A stretch of 64,000 nucleotides of DNA, from contig CATNEN010000025.1 of the NCBI GenBank assembly GCA_950097015.1, forward strand, positions 806,001-870,000, given 5' to 3'. A program made the translations under genes and the position numbers. Of the stretch, positions 1-12,500 are shown in pieces; within the stretch, counting starts at the first letter, position 1; each line of letters begins with the position of its first letter. The notes under the pieces are model-generated. The model was not told the DNA's origin. It did no database searches and saw only the letters and a program-made list of their open reading frames with translations. This stretch comes from Macrostomum hystrix. Its lineage: Eukaryota > Animalia > Platyhelminthes.

Positions 1-205
1 CTCTCTTCTCTCTTCCCTATCTCTCTTCTCTCTTCCCCATCTCTCTTCTCCCTTCACATCTCTCTTATCTCTTCCCCATCTCTCTTCTCTCTTCCCCATC
101 TCTCTTCTCTCTTCCCCATCTCTCTTCTCTCTTCCCCATCTCTCTTATCTCTTCCCCATCTCTCTTATCTCTTCCCCATCTCTCTTCTCGCTTCCTAATC
201 TCTCT
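1..205. repeat. Minisatellite, 20-bp polypyrimidine (CTCTTCTCTCTTCCCCATCT)
   Basis: Period 20 visible; continues off the window start. Confidence 0.9.
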
Positions 206-639
206 TCTCTCTTCGCATTTATATTTCCCATCTCCAGTATGCAATGCAATAAAAGGCCAGGTCTAGTTGGTGGCGGCAACACAGAAGAACTAAAAGAAAC
301 ACAAGGTCCATTATAATCTTTACAGCGCGAAAGAGAGGAGCATGCCAACACACTCAAGGGAGTCGGATCGGTGTTGCTAACAAGCAGCGGCCTGTTATCA
401 GTTCGGGACCGGTTAGGAAATTGAGCTAACGATAAATTACTTGACTACAAGCTCTAGTCAAGCCTCCCTCTCCGATCTTGTTCATAGATTATTGCGGCTG
501 GGACATTTTTTTCTCTGCGGCAGGACAGATGACCGCTTATCTTTTATGGGGCTGCGGCACAGTTCTCCACAGATTACCTGGACAATGACAGCAATGAAGT
601 CCTGGGAAATTTGAAAAACAGTGAATAGATCTTCTAGAT

Positions 640-1025
640 ATCTGATCCAATCTACAGAGAGAGATCTGATAGATTTATAGAAAATCGATAGATCTCAGTC
701 GATAGATCTACTTAGATTCATCTGATAGATCTACGGGAATGATCCGATAGATATTCGGGAATGATCCGATAGATCTACTGGAAATTATCCGATAGATCTA
801 CAGGAATGATCCGATAGATCTATGGGAATGATCCGATAGATCTACTGGAAATTATCCGATAGATCTTCGGGAATGATCCGATAGATCTACAGGGAATAAT
901 CCGATAGATCTACGGGAATGATCCGATAGATCTACTGGAAATTATCCGATAGATCTACTGGAAATTATCCGATAGATCTACAGGGAAAGATCCAGTAGAT
1001 GTGCAGGGAAAGATCCAGTAAGATG
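640..1025. repeat. Minisatellite, 22-23 bp (GATAGATCTACGGGAATGATCC)
   Basis: GATAGAT at 724, 746, 768. Confidence 0.9.
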
Positions 1026-1691
1026 TGCCCTGATCGCAACGACTTGCTTGGAGTCTATGGCTGCATGCACTTCTGCACTGACAGACTCTGTCGCAATGTA
1101 CCCCTAGCAATTGCCATTCCTGTCACCTTATCAGCCTCTCGTTTTTTATAGCTCTGACTAAGCATTTATTATCGCAGTGTAAAAATGTAGATTAGAAAAA
1201 GCATCATTTTCCGTGGCATTCAGTTCACACAAGTTGCTACATGACTATGTTTTAAAAGTACTGATTTGTTCCAATACTTAGTTAGCTGGAAGCTGGATTT
1301 ATGAAATTCTCTGCTTCTCTGCTAGTCTGCTTTGACAAAGCTAATGGCGTTTGATAAAAAAGAAAGAAAACATTTTTTACGCAAGATGTTTGCAATGTTT
1401 GCAATCAATTTACTAGACACAACCAACTGCTGGTTACACAATTTTACAGGCATATTAGTCTGAAATATCATTGCGCTGTCTGATGTCTGCTGTAGTCATT
1501 GATGATCAGCAATGGTTAATAGTTTAGTAATTTCCCATCCATTTTACAGCAGTATTGCAGCTCCGTAGGTTGTTAAAAAGTTAAAAAAGGATACCAAAAT
1601 ATTTTTTAATATCTGTACAGCTAGTATTTATATGTACGCATCATGCTACTTACCTGATAAAATTCGTGATTTTTTTAAGATTCCTGTAACT

Positions 1692-1752
1692 CCATTGGCC
1701 GCTAAGCTCACAGCCAATGGCAGAGCTGGCAGAGCTGGGTTAAAATATTATA
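1692..1752 (+). promoter_or_regulatory. Possible protocadherin proximal promoter: inverted CCAAT pair
   Basis: CCATTGGC (1692-1699) / GCCAATGG (1713-1720) perfect inverted repeat, direct repeat CAGAGCTGG x2, and an AT-rich box ~70-130 nt upstream of the ATG. Confidence 0.3.
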
Positions 1753-1823
1753 GCGCACAAACTGAAAAAGTAGAACAGTAGGGTCAGACGAAGACCAGAT
1801 CCGACAAGCCTGAACCCGGAACA

Positions 1824-3566
1824 ATGCTCGAAATGTGTCAGAGCTCGGCACGGGTTTTGCTCGCCCTTCTAATCTGGCCCTCCATCGCTTCCGCTCTTCT
1901 CTCCGCCCGATTGTCTGGCTCCGTTGTCAGATTCGACATCAACGAAGACGATGGCCGACAGCCGCCACCGTCTGGACGTCGTCGACAAATTGGCCGACTC
2001 GACAATGACCAGGCGGAGCAGCAGGGCTCGCAGATTCGCTACAGCCTGCTGAGGGCTCCGGGCGACCTCCTGGCGACTCAGTTCGACGTCGATCCAGCGA
2101 CCGGTGTGCTCAGCTGCGTCAACGCCAGCGTGGATCGTGACGGGCTGTGTTCCAGCGCCGGTGCCTGCTGTGACAGCCGGCCAGTCTGCGTTATCCAGTT
2201 CCGGGTTCGGGCGATCAACAGCGACTCGCCGGACAGTAGCCGCAGCCTGCGGGTGGAAATTCAACTGCGCGACCTCAACGACAATGCGCCGACGTTTCCT
2301 AGCGCGGAGCATCGGCTGACACTGGACGAGAATGCGCACCAGGGCGAGGAAATCGCCCTGCCGGCCGCTTTGGATGCTGACGCCGACAGAAACGGCATTG
2401 AAAAGTACGAAATTATCGGCGACACTGGCGGCCATTTTCAGCTGCGCACCCTCACTCTGAATGGCGGCCGGCTGGAACCCCGTCTGCTGGTGGCCAAGCC
2501 GCTGGACCGCGAGCTGACCCCGGAGCTGCGCTTCACGCTGACGGCCAGCGACGGTGGAGTGCCTCCCCTCACCGGCCAGCTCAGCGTCCTGGTGCGCGTC
2601 AACGACAAGAATGACGAGACGCCGCAGTTTCATTTGGACAGCCTGCAGCCGCCGCTCACCGTCCGCCTGCCGGAGACGCACCCGGCTGGTCCCAGCAGGC
2701 CATTCCTGATGCTGAATGCCACCGACGCCGACTCAGGGCTCAACGCTCGTCTGCGCTATCGCCTGCGCAACCAGCAGCAAGCCGGCGCCGGTCTGTCACC
2801 ATTTTTCGTCGATTCGGCCAGCGGCGCCCTTAGCTTGTCGCGACCGTTGGACTACGAGCGCCTGCCGACGCACATCCTGATCATTGAGGCCGTCGATCGA
2901 GACGGTGGCTTCGCTGGCGGCGGCGTCGCTCCGCGCACCGGCAGCGTCACCCTGACTGTCAGTGTATTGGATGTCAATGACGAGGCGCCGGTGATTGCGC
3001 TGACGTCGCCAAGGCCAGACGGTGGCTTGAGCATCGACGAGAACTCGCAGCCGGACAGCCTCGTCGCCTGGTTGACGGTCACCGACGCTGATAGCGGAGT
3101 GCGTGGAGTCGACTGTCACCTCCAGGGCGGCGATGCCAACACCGGCTTCCGTCTTCTGGCGAAACCTGGTCCAGCCGCCGAGCAGGAGTTCGAACTCAGG
3201 ACCAACCGAATGCTGGACGCGGAGACGATGCCGACGGTGTCTCTGATGGTGGTCTGCACCGACCGCGGCCAACCGCAACTGACCAGTCAGCGCAGTCTGC
3301 GAGTGATTGTCAACAACCTCAACGATAACGCTCCGACCTTCATCCTGCCTGGCGGCTCAGGGCCCCAGCTGCGTGTCAGCGCCCCGGAGAACCAGCGGCC
3401 GGGCTGGCTCGTCTGCGGCCTCAACGCCACCGACGCAGACGGTGACGCAGTTCGATTCGAGCTGCTGGAAACCGGCAGGGCGCCGTTCCGATTGGACGAA
3501 CGCACTGGCCGACTGTACGCCACCGAGAGCTTCGACAGGGAGCTGGTGGACCAGTACCACCTGAGG
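1824..3566 (+). CDS. Protocadherin exon 1 (signal peptide, EC1 to most of EC5)
   Basis: ORF 1824..3602; donor AGG|GTGAGC at 3567, phase 0. Confidence 0.93.
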
Positions 3567-6500
3567 GTGAGCGCTTCGACTGTCCAGTTGGCGAAGAATT
3601 AAAAAATTCGAATCCTTAAATGAAGGGAGCTTGTAGCTGAGAGGTCGGGAGATAATAAAAATTATTATTATATTAAAAATAATAATAATAATAATTGCAA
3701 GAGGGCTACAGGCATTGGCACGCCATTCGGTGACACTTCTGAATGGGCAGAATGGGCAATTCTGCCCATTTCGCTGTCTCCTGAGCACACACACACGCAG
3801 GTGTGTACATCTGCCCTGACTTTCTCATCTACAGGCAGTGTACACTCTCACTGTGCCTCTCCCACTCCGTGGCTGCGCCTCAAATGAATGTGGCTTCGCC
3901 GCGGAATCGAGCTCAGGACATGGAGCGAGGGGCAAACGTCGAAAAAGATACTCAATAACTGAGTGCTTCGGTATCCCCAGTCCACTGACTGAAATGTCCC
4001 ACTCCTATATTTCTATTTTGTCTACAATTTTTTTCCGATCCAGGTACGACTTCATGACCTCGGCAAGCCGCCTCGCGCCTCTCTACCCCTAGAAGTTGTC
4101 GTCACAATCGACGATCTCAACGACAATTCGCCGACATTTCGACCCGCCGATGTCTACGAGTTCAGCGTGTCCGAGTCGGCGCCAGCCGGCCAGCCGCTGG
4201 GGCTGCTGCACGCAGAGGACCCGGACGCCGGGCCCAACGGCCAGGTTCAGTACAGCCTGGCCGAGTTCGCCGCCCGTCGCCGATTTCGCCTCGATCCGCA
4301 CACGGGACAGCTGGCCACGGCCACCGCTCTGGATCGTGAACTGGATGGCCCCAGGCACAGCTTCACCGTCTGGGCTGTTGATCGGGGATCACCCAGGAGA
4401 ACCGCGACAGTCCAGGTCACCGTTCTGGTGAGACTGGGCGACTTTTCTGGGAGCTGTCCTTCCATTTTTCTCTCCCAAATTTTGCACGCTCTTCCTATCC
4501 TCTCGATCATTATCTACCTCTCGTTCTTCCATTTCCTCTATTGTTCACTAGTTCTTCCGCTTCCACTAGTTATTTCTCTTCCACTAGTTCTTTTTCTTCC
4601 ACTAGTTCTTCCTCTTCCACTAGTTCAATCTCTTCCACTAATTCCACTTCTTCCACTAGTTCCACTTCTTCCACTAATTCCACTAGTTCTTCCTCTTTTT
4701 CACTAGTTCTTCCTCTTCCACTAGTTCAATCTCTTCCACTAATTCCACTTCTTCCACTAGTTCCACTTCTTCCACTAATTCCACTAGTTCTTCCTCTTTT
4801 TCACTAGTTCTTCCTCTTCCACTAGTTCTTCTTCTTCCACTAGTTCTTCTTCCACTAGTTCTTCTTCTTCCACTAGTTATTTCTCTTCCACTAGTTCTTT
4901 TTCTTCCACTAGTTCTTCCTATTCCACTAGTTCTTCCTCTTTTTGACTAGTTCTTCCACTTCCACTAGTTCTTCTTCCACTAGTTCTTCTTCTTCCACTA
5001 GTTCTTCATCTTCCACTAGTTCTTCCTCTTCCACTAGTTCTTCCTCTTTTTCACTAGTTCTTCCTCTTCCACTAGTTCATCTTCCACTAGTTCTTCCTCT
5101 TCCACTAGTTCTTCTTCTTCCACTAGTTCTTCATCTTCCACTAGTTCTTCCTCTTCCACTAGTTCTTCCTCTTCCACAAGTTATTACTCTTTTTCACTAG
5201 TTCTTCCTCTTCCACTAGTTCTTCTTCTTCCACTAGTTCTTCCTCTTCCACAAGCTTTGAGCTCTGTCTCTAAATTCTCGTATTTACTTATACTTGCATA
5301 TTGGTCCGTCTATTTTTACTCGGTGTTTCTATAGCAGGAAAAAGTAATTTTAGCATCGAGCTCGGTGATATTGTTGCTTTCTTTCTGCTGTTTACGATTA
5401 GAATGCAAATTAACTGGCTTTAGTGAAAGAGACACGATTTTTTCGATTCTCTTGCACAGTGTCAAATTTCTGGCTTAGTGAAAAACAAGCCAGAAAATAT
5501 GTATATCTCAAAGGAGAAAATTTAAACAAATTGAATGATTAAAAGTACCACTTTATTTAGCGTAATTAAAAAAGGGTTTGTCTTGACTTTCACGAAATAA
5601 GGGGCAATACTGAAATTTACACTGTCGAGATAGGAGCTAAGATCTTCGATATCTTACAAACGCTTGTAGTGCTGCTACCCCAATCTGTCTATACTTATAG
5701 GGTACTGAGGGTAAAGAGTGTCTATACAATAAATAATAGCGACAGATAAGGAGGGGGTTGGTGGAATGGTAGAAGGAGTGAGGACGGAGCCAGAGGGTAA
5801 GAAATGAATAGGAGGGGTGTGGAAAGAGAGACACAGATTGAGCCAATCAGAAACGAGGGAGAGAGAGAAATCAAGACTATCTAAGAAGTCGAACAGACAG
5901 AGAGTAGAGTAAGAGGGTGCGCGATAACACAAACGAAAACAAGTTATTAATAGTACCGAATGTAATTATATGCGACAATATTGTGTAATTCATAAAACAA
6001 TGTCCCAACCAGACAACGGGTTGTAGCCTAGTGGTTAGAGTGTCAGACTCATGACCTGAAGGTCGTGGATTCTATTCCTGACTCGACTGGAACAATTTGT
6101 GTCCTTTAGCAAGACAGTTAACAATGAATTGCTTCAGTTCACCAAGCTGTTAAATGGGTACAAGCATTAGCTGGGGGGTAATAGAAGGTGTGTCCATGGA
6201 CTGAACAGCCGTACGCAGCCTTCAGATGCGCCGCACAATAGCCATGCGGCTGTGGTGTCGAATGGAAAAATTCATTAACTCTCATGGGTCACTAAAAATG
6301 TATAGAAGATTAAACAGAGCCCATCAAAACTTAGTCTCAATTAATTCATCCAGTTTTAACGCGACACAAATACATTATTGATCAAATAAGAGAATGCAAT
6401 TAACTTTATTGAAACTATTTATTGGCAAGAGCTAACTAGAGTTGACATAAAGTAGCCAAACTATTTTATTAAAACTTAGAAATTGTGAAATTCAGAATTT

Positions 6501-9500
6501 AGAAATTCGGATTTTGTTAATTGCGGAGTCTGGGAAATTCGGAGTTTAGGAAATTCGGAGTTAAGAAAATTCGGAGTTTAGGAAATTCGGAGTTAAGGAA
6601 ATTCGGAGTTTGGAAATTGGGAGTTTGTGAAATTCGGAGTTTAGGAAATTCGGAGTTTAGGAAATTCGGAGTTTAGGAAATTCGAGTTTAGGAAATTCGG
6701 AGTTTGTTAAATTCGGAGTTTGGAAATTCGGAGTTTGGAAATTGGGAGTTTAGGAAATTCGGAGTTTAGGAAATTCGAGTTTAGGAAATTCGGAGTTTGT
6801 TAAATTCGGAGTTTGGAAACTCGGAGTTTGGAAATTGGGAGTTTGTGAAATTCGGAGTTTGGAAATTCGGAGTTTGGAAATTCGGAGTTTGTGAAATTCG
6901 GAGTTTGGAAATTCGGAGTTTGGAAATTCGGAGTTTGGAAACTCGGAGTTTGGAAATTGGGAGTTTGTGAAATTCGGAGTTTGGAAATGCGGAGATTGGA
7001 AATTCGGAGTTTGGAAATTCGGAGTTTGGAAATTCGGAGTTAATGAAATTCGGAGTTTGTTAACTTCGGAGTTTGGAAATTCGGAGTTAAGGAAATTCGG
7101 AGTTTGGAAATTCGGAGTTAAGGAAATTCGGAGTTTGGAAATTCGAGGTCTGGGAAATGCAGAGTTCAGGAAATTCGGAGTTTGGAAATTCGGAGTTAAG
7201 GAAATTCGGAGTTTGGAAATTCGAGGTCTGGGAAATGCAGAGTTCAGGAAATTCGGAGTTTGTTAAATCGGAGTTTGGTAAATTCGGAGTTTGTTAAATT
7301 CGGAGTTTGTTAAATTCGGAGTTTGGAAATTCGGAATTTGGAAATTCGGAGTTTGGAAATTCGGAGTTTGTGAAATTCGGAGTTTGGAAATTCGGAGTTT
7401 GGAAATTCGGAGTTTGGAAACTCGGAGTTTGGAAATTGGGAGTTTGTGAAATTCGGAGTTTGGAAATGCGGAGATTGGAAATTCGGAGTTTGGAAATTCG
7501 GAGTTTGGAAATTCGGAGTTAATGAAATTCGGAGTTTGTTAACTTCGGAGTTTGGAAATTCGGAGTTAAGGAAATTCGGAGTTTGGAAATTCGGAGTTAA
7601 GGAAATTCGGAGTTTGGAAATTCGAGGTCTGGGAAATGCAGAGTTCAGGAAATTCGGAGTTTGGAAATTCGGAGTTAAGGAAATTCGGAGTTTGGAAATT
7701 CGAGGTCTGGGAAATGCAGAGTTCAGGAAATTCGGAGTTTGGAAATTCGGAGTTAAGGAAATTCGGAGTTTGGAAATTCGAGGTCTGGGAAATGCAGAGT
7801 TCAGGAAATTCGGAGTTTGTTAAATCGGAGTTTGGTAAATTCGGAGTTTGTTAAATTCGGAGTTTGTTAAATTCGGAGTTTGGAAATTCGGAATTTGGAA
7901 ATTCGGAGTTTGGAAATTGGGAGTTTGTGAAATTCGGAGTTTGGAAATTCGGAGTTTGGAAATTCGGAGTCTAGGAAATTCGGAGTAAATAAAATTCTTT
8001 TTTTTCGCGCAATTTTACGTTTATGTTGCAGACTTATAAGAATATTATGAGATAATGAGGCCAATTAAAGTAATGAGTGGTTTATCTTTAAAACTTTTAA
8101 CTAATTACTGAAACTGAAAATACGTATGCTGAATTTTCTTAGTCGTCAGGACAAAGAGCCCATCTAGAAACGCATGCAGTTAAGAGAATTTCAGGCAGGA
8201 AAGCTAGACTTCGTGTTGATTTAAGCCAATTTTTCAATTCTAATCTTGCTTTTACTATCTCTGAAGTTTTTGGTGCGGCTTTCTAAAGCAGCAGATCTAG
8301 TCAGTGCGCTAAAATCCCAAGTTTTAAAGGGATAATGGGGAGCGACAGTCGACAGAGACAGGGAGACCTGAGAGGTCGCAAAGATGGAAGGCAGCTGTCA
8401 CTGGGGCCAGACTTCGGTTCGAGTTTTCCTTCCAGAATTGTCTTCCAATTCTTGCCTCCGCAGCTCCCAAGTGGGTTCCATATTTTGTTATTACTCGTTG
8501 TAACCGAGCGGCAGATCTGGGGTGGACCGGCAAAAGCCGGTAATGGTTTTAGATTGGCTAGAATGCTTGGCATTGCCCCCAAGTGACTAATTTGCTGACT
8601 TGGCAACTGTTTCTTCGGGGGGGGGGCAAAAGTCACCTGTTACAGAGCTCTGGCTTTACCCCCCAGATTACGAGGCCATTTCATTGCTGCCTGTCTTAAG
8701 TGCGTTGGGGCGCGTCGCCCAATCCATCGCGGGTTCACTTTAGCGGCAAAAATCACGGGTGGGACAAATTTCTCCGCGCCTCTTTTAGGGACTTTGTGCT
8801 GATTTTCTGCACAGGTTTACAGCTCCCGCACGCAGAGAATTTTCATGTTTCGCGCGTGAGCTTCATAAAATGCCGTCAGTCCTCTGACCTAGAAAGAATT
8901 GCCTGCAAATTGTTGTGTAGGCAAGCGAATTATGGGATTTTTCAAAGGGGATGCGGGTCGCGAGTGGAGTGGTTAAGGAACAACACAAATTATCGCCGGT
9001 TGCTAGGGCCCAACGCAGCTGCGGCTAGGCCAGGAGATGCCTCCTAATTGCTCATCAGAGCATTCCACCGTCACCGTCATTGCCAGGGCAAGAATTGATT
9101 TGCAGATTAGAAAATTTCAGGGAAAAAGTAGAGAGGATAAACTACGGACTGTTTCTCGGCCAGAAAATTACGTAATTGGCCCCAGGTAGTGTCTGGCCGT
9201 TATTTATTTAACGGCTTTAATGTAACGCTTCAGTTTGTGAAAAAATACTAGTTTTTTAATTAGTGTATCTTTCATCGTTTAAATTTCCTTTGTACGTTTT
9301 ACATAAAAAATTATGTTTAGGAAACCTTGTCTTCTTACTCGCATCGTTAATAAATTTTAATGGTAAAAATTATTTTTTAGTTTTTTAAATATAATATTAG
9401 AAAAGCTATAAATGAATACATACCTAAATAAAAGTATATGCATCCTTAAATTAAAGACATATTTAAATAAACAAAAAATAAAGAAATAAAGAAAAAACAT

Positions 9501-12500
9501 ATTAAAAAATATAATGTAAACATCAACAGAAACAATGGCATCTTTTAATAAATAAATAAAGACATAAACATAAATAAAAATAAATACAAAAAACTAAATT
9601 TATTTCCCAATAACGCCATTAAAGCATTGCATTTTTGTAATTATCTTATCCGGGAAAAATTCCGGGCATTAATAAATCTTAATGGAAATTAACGGGCATG
9701 ATATCTCTCCGCCGGGCAAACGGGTCTTGGTACAATAAGTTTATTAGCCCGAAGAAAACTTCCGGGTTGGGGATTTCACTGACGCCAAAATGATCCAAAC
9801 CTTTTCACCCCATCTCCGCAGGTTACGGACACAAACGACAATCCGCCAAGGTTCATGTTCCCGGGCCAGCCGAACTCTACCATAGACAGTTCGTTTCGAA
9901 ATCCGGCCCAGGCCACTGTGGCCGAGCTGCAGGCCAGGGATCCGGACGAGGGGGCGAATTCTGAGCTGATCTACTCACTGATAGGTACCGCTGCATCCGC
10001 AATGTACCAATGCTACTATTGCAACAATTGTTATGACTAGGAATGGCACCTAACCAAGTTGGGCCAGATGTACAGCTAGTGGCACAGTCGCAGGTATTGC
10101 GCAGCGCTTCCAAAGGCTGTGTACAGCTGTTCAGTCCGTGGACTGGGGGCAAACGCCAGACGCACTCTCAATAACTCTAGATAATGCTGGTACCCATTTA
10201 ACATCTGGGCGAACTGAAGCAATGCATAGTTAAATATCTTGCCATTGGAAGCAAATACTCGTAGTTTCAGTAGAGTCGGGAATAGAACCCCCGACCTTTA
10301 AGTCGTGTGTCCAACGCAATAACCACTAGGCTACAAACCCTGATTACTCGATTATTAGAATAAACACTAGACTACTACTACAGGGGGTCAGTGGCAAAGC
10401 GGTTAACGCATCTAGCACCAAGGTTCCTGAGCTCGATTCCGCAGCGAGGCCACATGTATTTGGGGCGCAGCCGCGGAGAGAAGGCTTGGGGCCGCTTGTC
10501 GTGCAATTTACGCCCTTGAGGGCCAACCTCCAAGGCACAGTGAGAGTGTACACTGCCTGACGATGAGAAAGTCAGGGCAGATGTACACACCCTATGTGAG
10601 TGTATGCCTGCGTACGGTATCTGTGCGTGTGTGCTCAGGTGTCAGCGAAATGGGCGAAGGTGCCTCCTCGCTGTCTGTGGGTCTAGTGTCACCATGAAAT
10701 GATGTGCCATTGCCCGCAGCCCTTCTGCAATTATTATTATTATTATTATTACTAAAACTTCTACTGCTACTCTCAAGGCAGCGACGGTGGCGGCAGATTC
10801 GGCGTGGACCCAATCAGCGGCCGCCTATTCGTGGCCCGGGACCTGAGCCCCACCGATGTCGGCACCTACCAGCTCCGCCTGTCCGTACGTGATCGCGGCC
10901 AGCCGCCATTGTCAGCCGAAATCGATCTTCGAATAGCTCTGCTCGACTTGCCGCCGGAGAAGTCGAAACAGCCGCCGCTGCTGCCGCCGCAGCCGCCTTC
11001 AATGACGGCGAGCGACCGGGGCAGGCAGAATTCGTTCTCAAATGGCAACGGCTCGGCGGGCGGCGGGCTCGGTCGCCGCGGCCTCCTATTGATCGGCTGC
11101 CTGGCAATCCCGGCAGCCATCCTGGCCCTGGTCTGCCTGGCTCTGCTGCTGCTGGCTCGCGGCCGTGGCAGATTCAGTCACCGAGATCCGACCGCAACAA
11201 CGGCGGGAATGATGACCGACGGGCTCGACTGTCGGGATGTCAAGCCGGACATCCGCCTGATTGTTGGCGGCGGCGGCCTGCCGATGTCTCGCTTTGATTG
11301 TCCTGCACCAACGGGGACATTGGGAGCGAGCACGGCAGGCGGCGGTGGCTGCGACAAGCTGAATGACTTCAAGACTGGACTGAGGGTGAGCAGCTTATAT
11401 GCTTTATGGGGATTGGGGATGAGAAAATATGGGGATTGGGGATGAGAAAATATGGGGATTGGGGATGAGAAAATATGGGGATTGGGGATGAGAAAATATG
11501 GGGATTGGGGATGAGAAAATATGGGGGTTGGGGATGAGAAAATATGGGGATTGGGGATGAGAAAATATGGGGATTGGGGATGAGAAAATATGAGGATTGG
11601 GGATGAGAAAATATGGGGAGTCGGGATGAGAAAATATGGGGATTGGGGATGAGAAAATATGGGGATTGGGGATGAGAAAATATGGGGATTGGGGATGAGA
11701 AAATATGGGGATTGGGGATGAGAAAATATGGGGATTGGGGATGAGAAAATATGGGGATTGGGGATGAGAAAATATGGGGGTTGGGGATGAGAAAATATGG
11801 GGATTGGGGATGAGAAAATATGGGGATTGGGGATGAGAAAGTATGGGGGTTGGGGATGAGAAAATATGGGGATTGGGGATGAGAAAATATGGGGATTGGG
11901 GATGAGAAAATATGAGGATTGGGGATGAGAAAATATGGGGATTGGGGATGAGAAAATATGGGGATTGGGGATGAGAAAATATGAGGATTGGGGATGAGAA
12001 AATATGGGGATTGGGGATGAGAAAATATGGGGATTGGGGATGAGAAAATATGGGGAGTGGGAGAGTGAATGGGAGAGTGAATGGGAGAGTGAATGGGAGA
12101 GTGAATAGGAGAGTGAATGGGAGAGTGAATAGGAGAGTGAGTGGGAGAGTGAATAGGAGAGTGAGTGGGAGAGTGAATAGGAGAGTGAGTGGGAGAGTGA
12201 GTGGGAGAGTGAATAGGAGAGTGAATGGGAGAGTGAATGGGAGAGTGAATGGGGGAGTGAATGGGAGAGTGAGTGGGAGAGTGAATAGGAGAGTGAGTGG
12301 GAGAGTGAATAGGAGAGTGAGTGGGAGAGTGAATAGGAGAGTGAATAGGAGAGTGAATGGGAGAGTGAATGGGAGAGTGAATGGGAGAGTGAATGGGAGA
12401 ATGAGTGGGAGAGTGAATAGGAGAGTGAGTGGGAGAGTGAATAGGAGAGTGAATGGGACAGTGAATAGGAGAGTGAGTGGGAGAGTGAATAGGAGAGTGA

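Noticed and set aside
6018-6090. tRNA-Met gene (CTCATGA loop); also tRNA-like heads at 10265-10340 and in SINE A
   Set aside because: Acceptor and T stems are not properly paired, the B-box is degenerate, and each head is fused to a shared downstream SINE body
8301-9200. GC-richer segments that might be DNA-transposon remnants (also 13310-14260 and 23650-24170)
   Set aside because: Could not identify terminal inverted repeats, TSDs, a second copy or transposase sequence by eye
10500-10590. Twister ribozyme in SINE A (ACACTGCC, TCCAAGGC, GTCAGGG words)
   Set aside because: The cyclic order of the motifs does not fit any twister permutation
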